Positions 20,161 through 29,999 of a DNA stretch of 64,000 nt are shown here, one piece after another. The notes under the pieces are model-generated. The model worked only from the letters and a program-made list of their open reading frames with translations, did not search any database and was not told where the DNA came from. Location of the stretch: IMG/VR virus record IMGVR_UViG_3300047509_000177, positions 27,382 through 91,381 of that record; one strand, 5' to 3'. This DNA comes from a virus. Within the stretch, counting starts at the first letter, position 1; every line of letters starts with the position of its first letter. The translations under genes were made by a program, and so were the position numbers.

Positions 20161-20392
20161 ATATGAGTTGGGAATTGGTTTTACAGATTATTGTAATTCT
20201 ATTTACGGTTAGAATATTCTTTCCGATTACTGGCAGGTCTTAATATGCAACTTGACGAGCAAATTGAGCTTGCTTTTAAAGCAGGAGTGTCGTGGGCTAT
20301 GGAGAATGCTTATTGTCGTGATATGACAGGAGTTAGTTATGCAGATGTGGATTTAGATAGGAATATAGAGGAAGGTATACAGGAATATATAA

Positions 20393-20803
20393 ATGGAAAT
20401 TCAAAACCCAGCAAGAGTGCTTCGATTTTGGACCAAAGTCATGGCGGGTCTATCTGATGAATGTTGGAACTGGATAGGTGCTAAGGATACAGAAGGATAC
20501 GGAAATCTATATATAGGAAAGAGCAAATATAGTAAGGCCCATATCTTCTCTTATATATATCATTACGGATCAATTCCTGCTGATATGCAAGTTCATCACA
20601 AATGTGTAAATACTAGCTGCGTTAATCCAAATCATCTACAGTTGTTAACTGGGTCTGAGAATAATGAAAAATCTAATTCTCCTTCTGCTATAAATAAAAG
20701 AAAAACGTATTGCAAATATTTTCATCCTTTCGATGAGGAGAACACAATCAGAAAAAATGGTAGACGCATATGTATTGCTTGTGAGAAAGAAAGAAAGAGG
20801 TAG
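20393..20803 (+). CDS. HNH endonuclease
   Basis: CWNWIG...GYG...VHHKC.N..CVNPNHL. Confidence 0.85.
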   Translation: MEIQNPARVLRFWTKVMAGLSDECWNWIGAKDTEGYGNLYIGKSKYSKAHIFSYIYHYGSIPADMQVHHKCVNTSCVNPNHLQLLTGSENNEKSNSPSAINKRKTYCKYFHPFDEENTIRKNGRRICIACEKERKR

Positions 20804-20809
20804 GTTAAT

Positions 20810-21253
20810 ATGACAAGAATTAATTCTCAAAAAGCTCCATTCCCAGACGAGCTTGATGATCTAGTAAAGAATATGAATTATCGCCCAGGATGGAAATTTG
20901 AATTAGAACATATGGATCGTGGACAAGGTAGCGAGGGTCTGACTTTTAAAATTCTCTCGCTTGGATATGATTCTTATCATCCAGATCGTGGTGAAACATA
21001 TCGTGTATGGCATTATATGCTTGTTCCTCCTGCCGCGTTTGATCGCCGTGCTTGGCAGCGATGGATATTGGAGCAACTTCTATTGGTAGAGCAGCATGAG
21101 GCATGCGAGTTTTTTCAAATTGGTGATAAACGTCCCTTCGCGCCAAATCATGGGCCAGGAAGAGATCCATATACAGTTCTTGAGTTAGGCACAGTCGATG
21201 ATGCTGAGACTAGATTCACTGGTGAGCATAAAGCTGGTACTCAAAGTTCATAA
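20810..21253 (+). CDS. Conserved actinophage-type hypothetical protein
   Basis: YRPGW...VEQHEACEFF...PFAPNH. Confidence 0.6.
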   Translation: MTRINSQKAPFPDELDDLVKNMNYRPGWKFELEHMDRGQGSEGLTFKILSLGYDSYHPDRGETYRVWHYMLVPPAAFDRRAWQRWILEQLLLVEQHEACEFFQIGDKRPFAPNHGPGRDPYTVLELGTVDDAETRFTGEHKAGTQSS

Positions 21254-21255
21254 AA

Positions 21256-22368
21256 ATGCTTGAGGATCTTTCTTATATTAAGTGTAGAGACTTATTAGAG
21301 TCTACGGGCATCAAAAATATCTCTGAAAGTTCTGGCGAGATTTCCTTCTCGTGCCCTAGCTCGGATCACTTTCATGGGGATACTTCTCCTTCTGCGCGAA
21401 TGAATGCTCGTACTTCAGCGTTCCTATGCCATTCTTGCGGGGTTAGAGGTAATGGAATTACTTTTCTTTCTTGGCATAAATCAATTCCAGAGACTGTAGC
21501 TAGGCGTTTGATAGAAGAAAGATATGGCGGAGGCAGAATCTCGGCCGGAGTAGGAAGCTTAGAACAGGAAGTGAAAAGAATTATGAATCCAGAGATTATA
21601 GAAGAGGAGAAGAGAATTCCTCCCGTTGAGTCTTGGCTCGAAGCGTTTTATCTCGACTGGGAAAATAAGAATTGGTGCCAGGGCTGTTCACCTGACCCTG
21701 AGAATAAAAACGAGCATGCTTGTAGTGGTTGTGCTCAACCTCCTCCTTATAAGCAATATATGTATGATAGAGGTTTTAATCCTAGTATTTTAAATATGTG
21801 GGAAATAGGATATGACCAAATTTCAGATCGTATTACTATTCCTATTAGGGACCATGAAGGAAGGCTTGTAGGGTTTAAGGGACGCGCTTGGCGAGAGAAT
21901 ACGGTTCCTAAGTACATGATACTTGGAGATTATGGGAATCAGAAAAGATATGGATTTCAACCATATAAGAAGTCTCATTATGTGTTTGGTTTAGATAGAT
22001 TCATTAAAGAGTATAGCTGGCGAGAAGATAATGTAAGTGCAGTCATAGTTGAGGGAGAGCTAAATGCTATAGCTATGGATCAACATGGGTACGGTTATCA
22101 TGCTATCGCTATTGCTGGTAGCGAGTTTTCTGATAAACAAAGAGACTTGATTGTAAGAAATTGTAGCTCAGCTGTTATATTCTTGGATAAAGGCAGAGCG
22201 GGGGAAAATGGAACTAAAAAAGTTGTAGATATGCTGGCATCTTATATGGGATTAAGAGTTATTTTAAATCCTCCAGGAGATGCAGCAGATTTAGATGCTT
22301 CAACAGTAAAAGATCTTATTGACAATGCGCAACCTTATTTGTCTTTGCAGGTTGAAGGCAGACTATGA
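21256..22368 (+). CDS. dnaG: DNA primase (CHC2 Zn finger plus TOPRIM)
   Basis: CP..H.DTSPS...CHSC, RITIPIRD, VEGELNA. Confidence 0.88.
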   Translation: MLEDLSYIKCRDLLESTGIKNISESSGEISFSCPSSDHFHGDTSPSARMNARTSAFLCHSCGVRGNGITFLSWHKSIPETVARRLIEERYGGGRISAGVGSLEQEVKRIMNPEIIEEEKRIPPVESWLEAFYLDWENKNWCQGCSPDPENKNEHACSGCAQPPPYKQYMYDRGFNPSILNMWEIGYDQISDRITIPIRDHEGRLVGFKGRAWRENTVPKYMILGDYGNQKRYGFQPYKKSHYVFGLDRFIKEYSWREDNVSAVIVEGELNAIAMDQHGYGYHAIAIAGSEFSDKQRDLIVRNCSSAVIFLDKGRAGENGTKKVVDMLASYMGLRVILNPPGDAADLDASTVKDLIDNAQPYLSLQVEGRL

Positions 22369-22732
22369 ACTTCAGATGTGGATATTGCGGATCTCCTGGT
22401 GAGAATGGCAGATGCAAGGTGTGTGGGTCTGCTATGGAGAAGGAGTATAAATCTTTAGAAGGTGCTAAATATCCAAGTTTAATAAGGAGATGGTTAAAAA
22501 GTAGAGATAGAGGATGGGAACTAGTTGATTCTATGAGGAGTGAGCTTAAGCTCAGACAATATGAGGATTATAAAGAAGGTAGAAATTGGAAAAGATTTGA
22601 TGGAGTAATATTTGAGTATGAGGAAGATTGTGATAAGATGTAGGGGTTGATTCGCGCGGCAACTAGGCTAGAGCACTCGGATCGCGCACAGAATCGGCAC
22701 GTAAATTAAAACGAATTAGAAAGTAGGGCATA

Positions 22733-23539
22733 ATGGCCCCATCGGGTTTAGACGCATTTCAGCGTCATTCAGATGTCATATCAGCACGACGTAGCGGAGG
22801 GGAATTTCAGCGGATCGATTATTTCCGTCTCAATGACGGGGAATCGGCGCGGGTTAGGTTCCTAGAGCAAGGAGAGAATCTTACTTGGGCTACTTCTCAT
22901 CGTATTAAAACTCCTGGCCTGACTTTCCCCCAGGATGTTCTTTGTTTAGATCAGGAAGATGACGGTACTCCTTGTCCAGCATGCATGTCAGATAATAGAG
23001 AAGTAAAGTCTCGTTCTACTAAGGGTTATCTAAATATTATTTGGAGAGGTACCGAGGAGTCTGATCTTTCTCGTGCTCCTATTTATAAAAGAAATGATAA
23101 AGGATCTCCTGAGAAATCCCCCAATGGGCAGAAGATAGTTACTGGTTTTGAAGATTCTACTTGGCTTTGGAAGTGTTCTAAGACTGTATTTGAACAGATC
23201 TTAGCTAAGGACAAAGCTTATAAAGGTCTCATGTCGCGCGATTTCCTCGTGAGCAGAAAAGGCGCGGGGTTGGAGAATACTACTTATTTCATTGAGCCAG
23301 CAATAGTGGACGGTGGGCCGGAACCCCTTACTGTTGCGGATCAGAATCTCGCGCAGGGAAAGTTAGATGTAGTATCAGTTACTACTCCAGGATCATTCTC
23401 CGAGATGCAAGCTCTAATTGCTGGTCTCCCTGTTCCCGGAAAAGAAGGACCACAACCGACTTTCTCCCGTGGTGGAGAGCCGAATGCTGAAGATGTTTTC
23501 TCTGGAACTCCCATGCGCTCGTCTGCTTTCCAGAAATAA
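22733..23539 (+). CDS. Single-stranded DNA-binding protein (gp32-like)
   Basis: FRLNDGESARVRFL, CP.C, RKGAGLENTTY; between primase and polymerase. Confidence 0.7.
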   Translation: MAPSGLDAFQRHSDVISARRSGGEFQRIDYFRLNDGESARVRFLEQGENLTWATSHRIKTPGLTFPQDVLCLDQEDDGTPCPACMSDNREVKSRSTKGYLNIIWRGTEESDLSRAPIYKRNDKGSPEKSPNGQKIVTGFEDSTWLWKCSKTVFEQILAKDKAYKGLMSRDFLVSRKGAGLENTTYFIEPAIVDGGPEPLTVADQNLAQGKLDVVSVTTPGSFSEMQALIAGLPVPGKEGPQPTFSRGGEPNAEDVFSGTPMRSSAFQK

Positions 23540-23770
23540 AATGTACGAGTACAGAATACGTTGGAAAAGAAAAGGTTTAAAAAGTAGATTAAAGATATAT
23601 CAAAATATAGGCAATGCAGAAAAATTTATAGAGACTTTGAAAGGAAATTATTATAGAGATGATCCAAATTATGACGGCGAGAATGGAATTGATTATTATG
23701 AGAAAGTTCCTGAGCTAGAAAATGATCCTGTTATAGAAAAAAGATCAGTAGGTACATGGTCTAGATATAG

Positions 23771-26700
23771 ATGATACATTTACATCATCATGACAGCGAT
23801 TCTATTTTAGATGGTTTAGGAACTCCACTTCAATGTGCAGAAATTGCTGCCGAATTAGGTCAGACATCTTTAGCTCAATCAAATCATGCAACTTTAAGCG
23901 GGTCACTGAAGCATATAAAGGCTTGTAATAAAGTAGGAATACAACCCATATGTTCCGTGGAGGGATATTTTCGCCCAAATCGCCTCGTAAGAGATAAAGA
24001 TTGGAGATTCCGTAAGTGGCATTATCTTCTTCATGCTAAAAACCTCAAGGGCTGGCATAACTTAATTAAGATCACCAGTGCCGCTTTTGCAGATGGAATG
24101 TATCAATTCCCATGCTTTGACTGGGAGTTATTAGAAAAGCACCACGAGGGCCTAATCGCCAGCACGGCTTGCATATTAGGCCCGCTACCATTTCTAATTG
24201 AGAATGGTTCTGAAAAAGAAGTAGATGATTTTGTTGTAAGAACTAAGAAGATATTTGGTGAGGATTTCTATATAGCGATCATGCCTCACGATTTTGACCG
24301 TCAGAGAGCAGTAAATTTAGAGCTAATATCGATAGCAAATAAACACGGAGTTCCAATTGTATATGAGGGTGACTCACATTACCCTAAAAAAGGTTGGGTA
24401 GATACTCAAAAGATAGCCATTCTCATTGGAACTAATTCTACAGTCGCAGATGCAGATGCGCAGAATAAAGAGAGACTAGAAAATAATGAAGAGATTTATG
24501 AGCTTTGGCACGATGGTCTTCATATTATGGGAGAGGGCGAGGTAAGAGAAACCTTTGCGCGAAATCATCCCGACATTCCTAGCAATATAATTGACGAATC
24601 TATCTCGAATACTGATTACATTGGATCAAAAATTGAACCCTTTCTCATGAATAGGTCAGTCAAGATGCCACGGGCAGGAAAATCGCCGAGAGAAGCTGAG
24701 GATAAAGTAATTCAATGGTGCTGGGCAGGAATGGAGGATAAAGGATTAAGAGGAAATAAAGTATATGAGGATAGGTTGAAGTATGAGCTAGAAGTAATTA
24801 GAACAAGAGGCAATTTCGATTATTTCTTCATTACGATTGATTGGGTAAAGTGGGCTCGTAGCGCTGATCCTCTCCCTGGCGATTCTGCGCCGAAGAAACC
24901 TATGCGTATTGGATCAGGGCGTGGATCAGTAGCTGGGTCTCTTGTTTCATATCTTTGTGGTATTACTACGCTAGATCCTATCGCTTATAAGCTGAAGTTT
25001 GAGAGATTTCTGAACCCTGAAAGAAAGGGGCTGCCAGATATAGATGTAGATTTTCCTAGTAAAAGAAGAAACGAAGCAAAGGAATATCTTGCTAGGAAAT
25101 ATGGGGAGAAAAATATTGCCGATGTAATAGCTCAGCAGCATTTCCAGCCGAGAGCTGCTCTGAAGAATGTTACTAAGGTAATAAATGGTTTTGATAGCGA
25201 AGCATACAATGAAATTGCTGATATATGCCATGAAAAATCAGGTCTGATAGATCCTGTTCATGATACTAATTTGGAAGTTATGAGAGGAAGAATTGCTGAG
25301 CTAGACCAATGGGCTGGAAAATGGCCCGAGGAGTGGAAACAAGCTGTCAGATTAGAGAACGGTGGAGACCCATTCTGCCTGCGTATCAGTAAGCACGCGG
25401 CGGGAGTGGTTATTACCCCCGGAGAAATAACAGATTTTATGCCTACGCTTCGTTCCGATGAGAAGGAGGTAGGAGCTAGAACAGCTTGGTCAGAGACTCC
25501 AAAGATCTCTATCGTTGAGGATTTCGGATTTGTGAAGTGGGACGCGCTTGGCCTTACTGGCATGGATCAGCAGCAGATGATAGTAGATCAGATTTATGAT
25601 AGAAGCGAAGAATATATTGATTTAGATAATCTACCTATATTAATTGATCCTATGAAAGTAGATTCTAAAGTTATGCAAGCTTTTCAAGATAAAAGGACAC
25701 TAGGAACAAACCAGTTCCCAGGAAATGGTGTGACTTCTTTTATGGCTAGGGCTAAACCTGAAAATGTTATTGATCTTGCTGCTGTTAATGCCTTGTATCG
25801 TCCTGGTCCTATGGGGAAACAAGGACATTTTCATTATGCAGATAGAAAGAATGGTAGAAAAGAATATAATATACCTGATATTTTAAAACCATATCTTTCT
25901 GATACTTATGGATCTTTATGTTTTCAAGAGTCTGTAACCGATCTTTTTGAGATTTTGGCAGATTATACTCCTGGTCAATCAGATGGTATTAGAAAGATCA
26001 TCGCTAAGTTATATCGCGAGAAGGGGCCGGTAGCTGAGGAAGAGCTTGATAAACATAAAGAAAAATTTATTCAGAAAGCTTCTGAAAAGATAGGGCTAGA
26101 AGAATCTGAAAGATATTGGGAGGAAATACTTCCTTACACTGATTATTCATTCAACAAGGCACATTCTTCTGGGTATGCAGTTCAAGCTTATCAAGATCAA
26201 TGGTTGAAGGTGAATTATCCTCTTGATTTCTATTCAGTTATTATGACTTTAGACCCGAAGATTTCTTTACAAGCTATAAAGGAGGCTAGATATTTTAACA
26301 TAAAAGTTCTTCCTCCTGATGTAAATATTTCTAATTCAGATTATACTCCTGACTTTGAAAATAATGCTTTACGTTATGGTCTTTGTGGCATTAAAGGAAT
26401 TGCGCAAACGTCAGCGGATCAAGTAATGAAACTCCGGCCATATTTCTCCCTGGAAGACTTCAATAAAAAGCATGAATTTAAATACTCTAAAGTTAATAAA
26501 GGCCACCGAGACAAGCTACTTAGAGTTGGTGCTTTGGATTCATTGGGTGGCAGAAAAGACTGGTCGGACAGTGAAAAATCGGCGGAGGAGATTGAGTTGT
26601 TAGGCATAAGTCTCTCTGATGGAGGAACATTTGGTGATGATGAGAAGTATATAAGAGAAAAAGTTCATTCTGAAGAAGAATATAATAATCTTAATGTGGG

Positions 26701-27064
26701 TGATAAGGTAGTTGCGGCAGGACAACTTGTAGAGATAAAGAAAATAAAAACTAAGAAAGGAAAGAATCCCGGACAAGATATGGCATTTGCGAAAATATCT
26801 TTTGGTTTAGATTCTTTTTCTTGTACTGTATTCCCAAATGTATTTTCTTCTTATAAGGATTTGTTATCTAGCGGCAACAAGGTTGTTATAAGCGGCAATA
26901 AGGACGAAAGAGGAATCATTGTAAATGATATAATTGCAGTTGATGATTTTGATCATTGGACAATTTGTCCTCACGATAGATTTAAAGCTTCTCAGTCTGT
27001 AAAAGAAATGCAGGATAGAGGAGAACTTCGACAGGATTCTGGCCCAGAGGGAGACCCGCATTGA
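23771..27064 (+). CDS. dnaE: DNA polymerase III alpha subunit
   Basis: PHP domain (HLH..SILDG), GRGS, FERFLNPER, PDIDVD, HAAG, RPGPM, YSFNKAHS. Confidence 0.95.
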   Translation: MIHLHHHDSDSILDGLGTPLQCAEIAAELGQTSLAQSNHATLSGSLKHIKACNKVGIQPICSVEGYFRPNRLVRDKDWRFRKWHYLLHAKNLKGWHNLIKITSAAFADGMYQFPCFDWELLEKHHEGLIASTACILGPLPFLIENGSEKEVDDFVVRTKKIFGEDFYIAIMPHDFDRQRAVNLELISIANKHGVPIVYEGDSHYPKKGWVDTQKIAILIGTNSTVADADAQNKERLENNEEIYELWHDGLHIMGEGEVRETFARNHPDIPSNIIDESISNTDYIGSKIEPFLMNRSVKMPRAGKSPREAEDKVIQWCWAGMEDKGLRGNKVYEDRLKYELEVIRTRGNFDYFFITIDWVKWARSADPLPGDSAPKKPMRIGSGRGSVAGSLVSYLCGITTLDPIAYKLKFERFLNPERKGLPDIDVDFPSKRRNEAKEYLARKYGEKNIADVIAQQHFQPRAALKNVTKVINGFDSEAYNEIADICHEKSGLIDPVHDTNLEVMRGRIAELDQWAGKWPEEWKQAVRLENGGDPFCLRISKHAAGVVITPGEITDFMPTLRSDEKEVGARTAWSETPKISIVEDFGFVKWDALGLTGMDQQQMIVDQIYDRSEEYIDLDNLPILIDPMKVDSKVMQAFQDKRTLGTNQFPGNGVTSFMARAKPENVIDLAAVNALYRPGPMGKQGHFHYADRKNGRKEYNIPDILKPYLSDTYGSLCFQESVTDLFEILADYTPGQSDGIRKIIAKLYREKGPVAEEELDKHKEKFIQKASEKIGLEESERYWEEILPYTDYSFNKAHSSGYAVQAYQDQWLKVNYPLDFYSVIMTLDPKISLQAIKEARYFNIKVLPPDVNISNSDYTPDFENNALRYGLCGIKGIAQTSADQVMKLRPYFSLEDFNKKHEFKYSKVNKGHRDKLLRVGALDSLGGRKDWSDSEKSAEEIELLGISLSDGGTFGDDEKYIREKVHSEEEYNNLNVGDKVVAAGQLVEIKKIKTKKGKNPGQDMAFAKISFGLDSFSCTVFPNVFSSYKDLLSSGNKVVISGNKDERGIIVNDIIAVDDFDHWTICPHDRFKASQSVKEMQDRGELRQDSGPEGDPH

Positions 27065-27287
27065 GTGAGTATTTAAATTTTGAAGAGGATGACCATTATG
27101 ATGGGAAGACTAAAAGAATTATAGTAGTTAGTAAGAGACATCTAAACATCTTAGGTGCGATAAAGTGGTATGGAGCTTGGAGACAATATACATTCTATCC
27201 AGAATCTGACACTATATGGAATAAACAATGTTTGAATGATATTCTAGACTATATAAATAATTTAATGCAGGAAAGAAAGAAATCTTA

Positions 27288-28373
27288 ATGTCTCCAGTTA
27301 TGACCGAGAATCTTGAGCGCGACATTGAGATAATAAGGAAAAAGCGTGGTCCAAAGGCTATATACACAACGTATGAAGAACCTCCTATATATCGTATCCC
27401 ATTTGATTCTCCTGGACTAAATAGAATTACTTCGGGAGGGATACCCTTGGGTCGGATTACTCGTTTTTGGGGAGGTCCGATGAGTTCCAAGAGTCTTTTG
27501 GCATGGCAAATTGTTCGTAAAGCTAGAGAGATGGACCTTGCTGCTACTTGGTGGGATATTGAGCGGCAAGTATCAAAAGAATTTGCGGAGAAAATGGGAT
27601 GTAAAGGAATTCATATAGAGACAGCTAGGATTATTGAGGATATAACTAGAGAGTTACAGCTGTTACTAGGATCGGTGCATCTCCATGTTCTGGACTCATG
27701 CTCGGAGGCTATACCCCAGGATAGATGCAATAAGGACCCTGCTGATTGGCATATAGGGTTAGACATTCGTGTATGGAATAAGTGTTGGGAATATATAATG
27801 AGTGCTATGGATAAGAATGAAAATTCTATTATTGCGATAGACCACGCAAAGAGTACTTTTTCTCCAAGCTCGCCAGGCGGGCGTATATCAGAAAAACCCT
27901 TGGGAGGGAAGGAGATTGAGCATCATTCATCGCTTTCCCTACATATGAAAAATACTAAGTGGTTATATTATGATGAAGAAGGGATGCTTCAGACTGAGGA
28001 TAAGTTAAAAGATAAAGGAATAATTGGTTTTGCTGGGAAGCCTGAGCCTGATGGAATGGAAGTAGTAGTTAGAACTTCTAAGAGTAGGGTTTGCACACCT
28101 TTTAAAATTGCTAATCTTAGGCTTGATTTTAAAGATCTAGAATTCGATCATACTTTTGAGCTTATGCAAGGTGCAGAATATTTTGATAAAATGGGTGGAT
28201 TAGCACATAGGTCTGGGCAACCTGCAATTGCTCATCGGGCAGCAAAGCAGGGCGGATGGGTTTCCCTTCCATCCGGCGAGAAAATTCAGGGAGAAAGAGC
28301 ATTAAGACAGAGAATAGAGCAGGATATAGACCTTCAGCGCCTTATCCGCCGTGCAATGCTTCAAGGTAATTAA
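27288..28373 (+). CDS. recA: RecA/UvsX-like recombinase
   Basis: GGIPLGRIT, Walker A-like GGPMSSKS, DIE, VLDS, GG...H.SS, KSRV..PFK. Confidence 0.85.
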   Translation: MSPVMTENLERDIEIIRKKRGPKAIYTTYEEPPIYRIPFDSPGLNRITSGGIPLGRITRFWGGPMSSKSLLAWQIVRKAREMDLAATWWDIERQVSKEFAEKMGCKGIHIETARIIEDITRELQLLLGSVHLHVLDSCSEAIPQDRCNKDPADWHIGLDIRVWNKCWEYIMSAMDKNENSIIAIDHAKSTFSPSSPGGRISEKPLGGKEIEHHSSLSLHMKNTKWLYYDEEGMLQTEDKLKDKGIIGFAGKPEPDGMEVVVRTSKSRVCTPFKIANLRLDFKDLEFDHTFELMQGAEYFDKMGGLAHRSGQPAIAHRAAKQGGWVSLPSGEKIQGERALRQRIEQDIDLQRLIRRAMLQGN

Positions 28374-28540
28374 ATGGGATATGATTCTATAAAATTATTT
28401 GAGATCTACGTTCAGGTTTCTAGACATAATAGCGATAGAGATAAAGAAGACGATATGCTGGTTAGGAATTTAGAAATAGAAATAAAAAAAATACTTGAAA
28501 GCAAGAAATATGAACAAATAATGGTTAGTTGGTGATATAA

Positions 28541-29614
28541 GTGGGGCTTACACGCCAACAACTTTGGGGTTTGCTCTCGAACATCACTCCTGTAGAGGCA
28601 ACTCTTTTATCTGCATATGAAAACGAAGAGGAGAAGATTTGGCGGGAAGGTTTAGGAGATTCTCCTCATGGTCATAAGTGGGCAAGCTCCTTCCACGGCT
28701 CAAGCTTCCCCGGGGATGATGATTCTGTATGTGGTAGAGCTTTAGTATATGGGTTGACTGATCCTGCGCCGGAATCTCCGCTGGCTCCTAAAACTAGAGC
28801 TATATTCGATGTAGGAACACAGCACGAGCATAATTGGGTAAAGAGACTATCTAACTACGGAGTACTTCTTTCTGCCGATGTAACAGGAAAAGATGAATAT
28901 CAAACTAATTTTTCTGATTCTGAAGTATGGTTGTCTGGTAGCCCTGACGTAATTATGCTCCCTCCCTTCTGGAATAAAAGTCATGTAGCTGAGATAAAGA
29001 CTACTAAGCATGAAAATGTAATTAAGATGCAGCAAAATCCAGAGGATACGCCTTATTCGCATTCAAAGTACGTTAGACAGACTAAACTATATATTGGAGA
29101 AGCACGAGATAACAATTTTTCTCCTACAGTAGTAGTTTGTGAACTAGGCGGTGTATTGATAAAGAATGGGAAAGATAAATGTTCTATGCCGCATTCTGGT
29201 TCTTGCATTCCTAAGCTTCTAAAAGTACTGCCTCCCGATGATGGAACTCTAATTTATTCTTCTCGCGAAGAACCATTTTGTATTGCTAGTTATTACATAC
29301 CTTATGATAGAGAATTTATGATAAAAGGAAAGAAAAAGCTTAAAGAATTAAGAGGATACTTTGAAAGGGGTGAGATCCCGCCTCATGTTAGAGAGGGCGA
29401 GAGCGCGAAGTGGAGCGTTGGTCAATGCCAGTATTGTTCTGAAAAGAAAAGATGTAAAGTTGACTATAAAGAGAAAAGAAAACACCTTTCTGAATCTGAG
29501 GTAGTAAATTTTACAAAGACCATACGACCCTGGTATAATTATCAAGACGCTCGAGCGGCGGTATTCAACAGATGGGGAGTTAAAGATCCTCTTAAAGAGA
29601 AAGAATTAGTATGA
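28541..29614 (+). CDS. Cas4-like PD-(D/E)XK exonuclease
   Basis: GT..H, SGSPD, EIKT, Q..LY, C-terminal CQYC...C. Confidence 0.75.
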   Translation: MGLTRQQLWGLLSNITPVEATLLSAYENEEEKIWREGLGDSPHGHKWASSFHGSSFPGDDDSVCGRALVYGLTDPAPESPLAPKTRAIFDVGTQHEHNWVKRLSNYGVLLSADVTGKDEYQTNFSDSEVWLSGSPDVIMLPPFWNKSHVAEIKTTKHENVIKMQQNPEDTPYSHSKYVRQTKLYIGEARDNNFSPTVVVCELGGVLIKNGKDKCSMPHSGSCIPKLLKVLPPDDGTLIYSSREEPFCIASYYIPYDREFMIKGKKKLKELRGYFERGEIPPHVREGESAKWSVGQCQYCSEKKRCKVDYKEKRKHLSESEVVNFTKTIRPWYNYQDARAAVFNRWGVKDPLKEKELV

Positions 29615-29999
29615 GTATAATTGGAGAATGTAGGATAGAAGAAAATAAGATTTATCTTGATAAAGATTATGATGACGAAACTAAAATAAGATTATATATA
29701 ATTCCTAATTGTTCCATGCGTAGTGAGCTTAGAGACGGAGATAAAATAGAATTAAGAGTTCATAGAGATTTCAAGAAAGATTCTTCAGTTTTATTTGATG
29801 GTAAGCTAACTAATCTTGATAAGGGAAAATATGGATGGATATATGAGCTAGAACAACCAGTTAGAGAACGCTTGGATCACAGAGGATCTTACAATTTTTG
29901 GCAAACTTTTGAGGACGGAGAAGGAAAAGGAGATCTAACTCCAGATCCAATTTTGGGCGAGTGGTTAGAGGTAAGGGTTCATGTAATAGAAAGAGCACA

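Noticed and set aside
23771-27064. Intein or intron in dnaE
   Set aside because: Normal length with colinear motifs; no splice-junction signatures
28541-29614. CRISPR-Cas locus
   Set aside because: Solo Cas4-like nuclease in a recombination cluster; no repeat-spacer array or other cas genes
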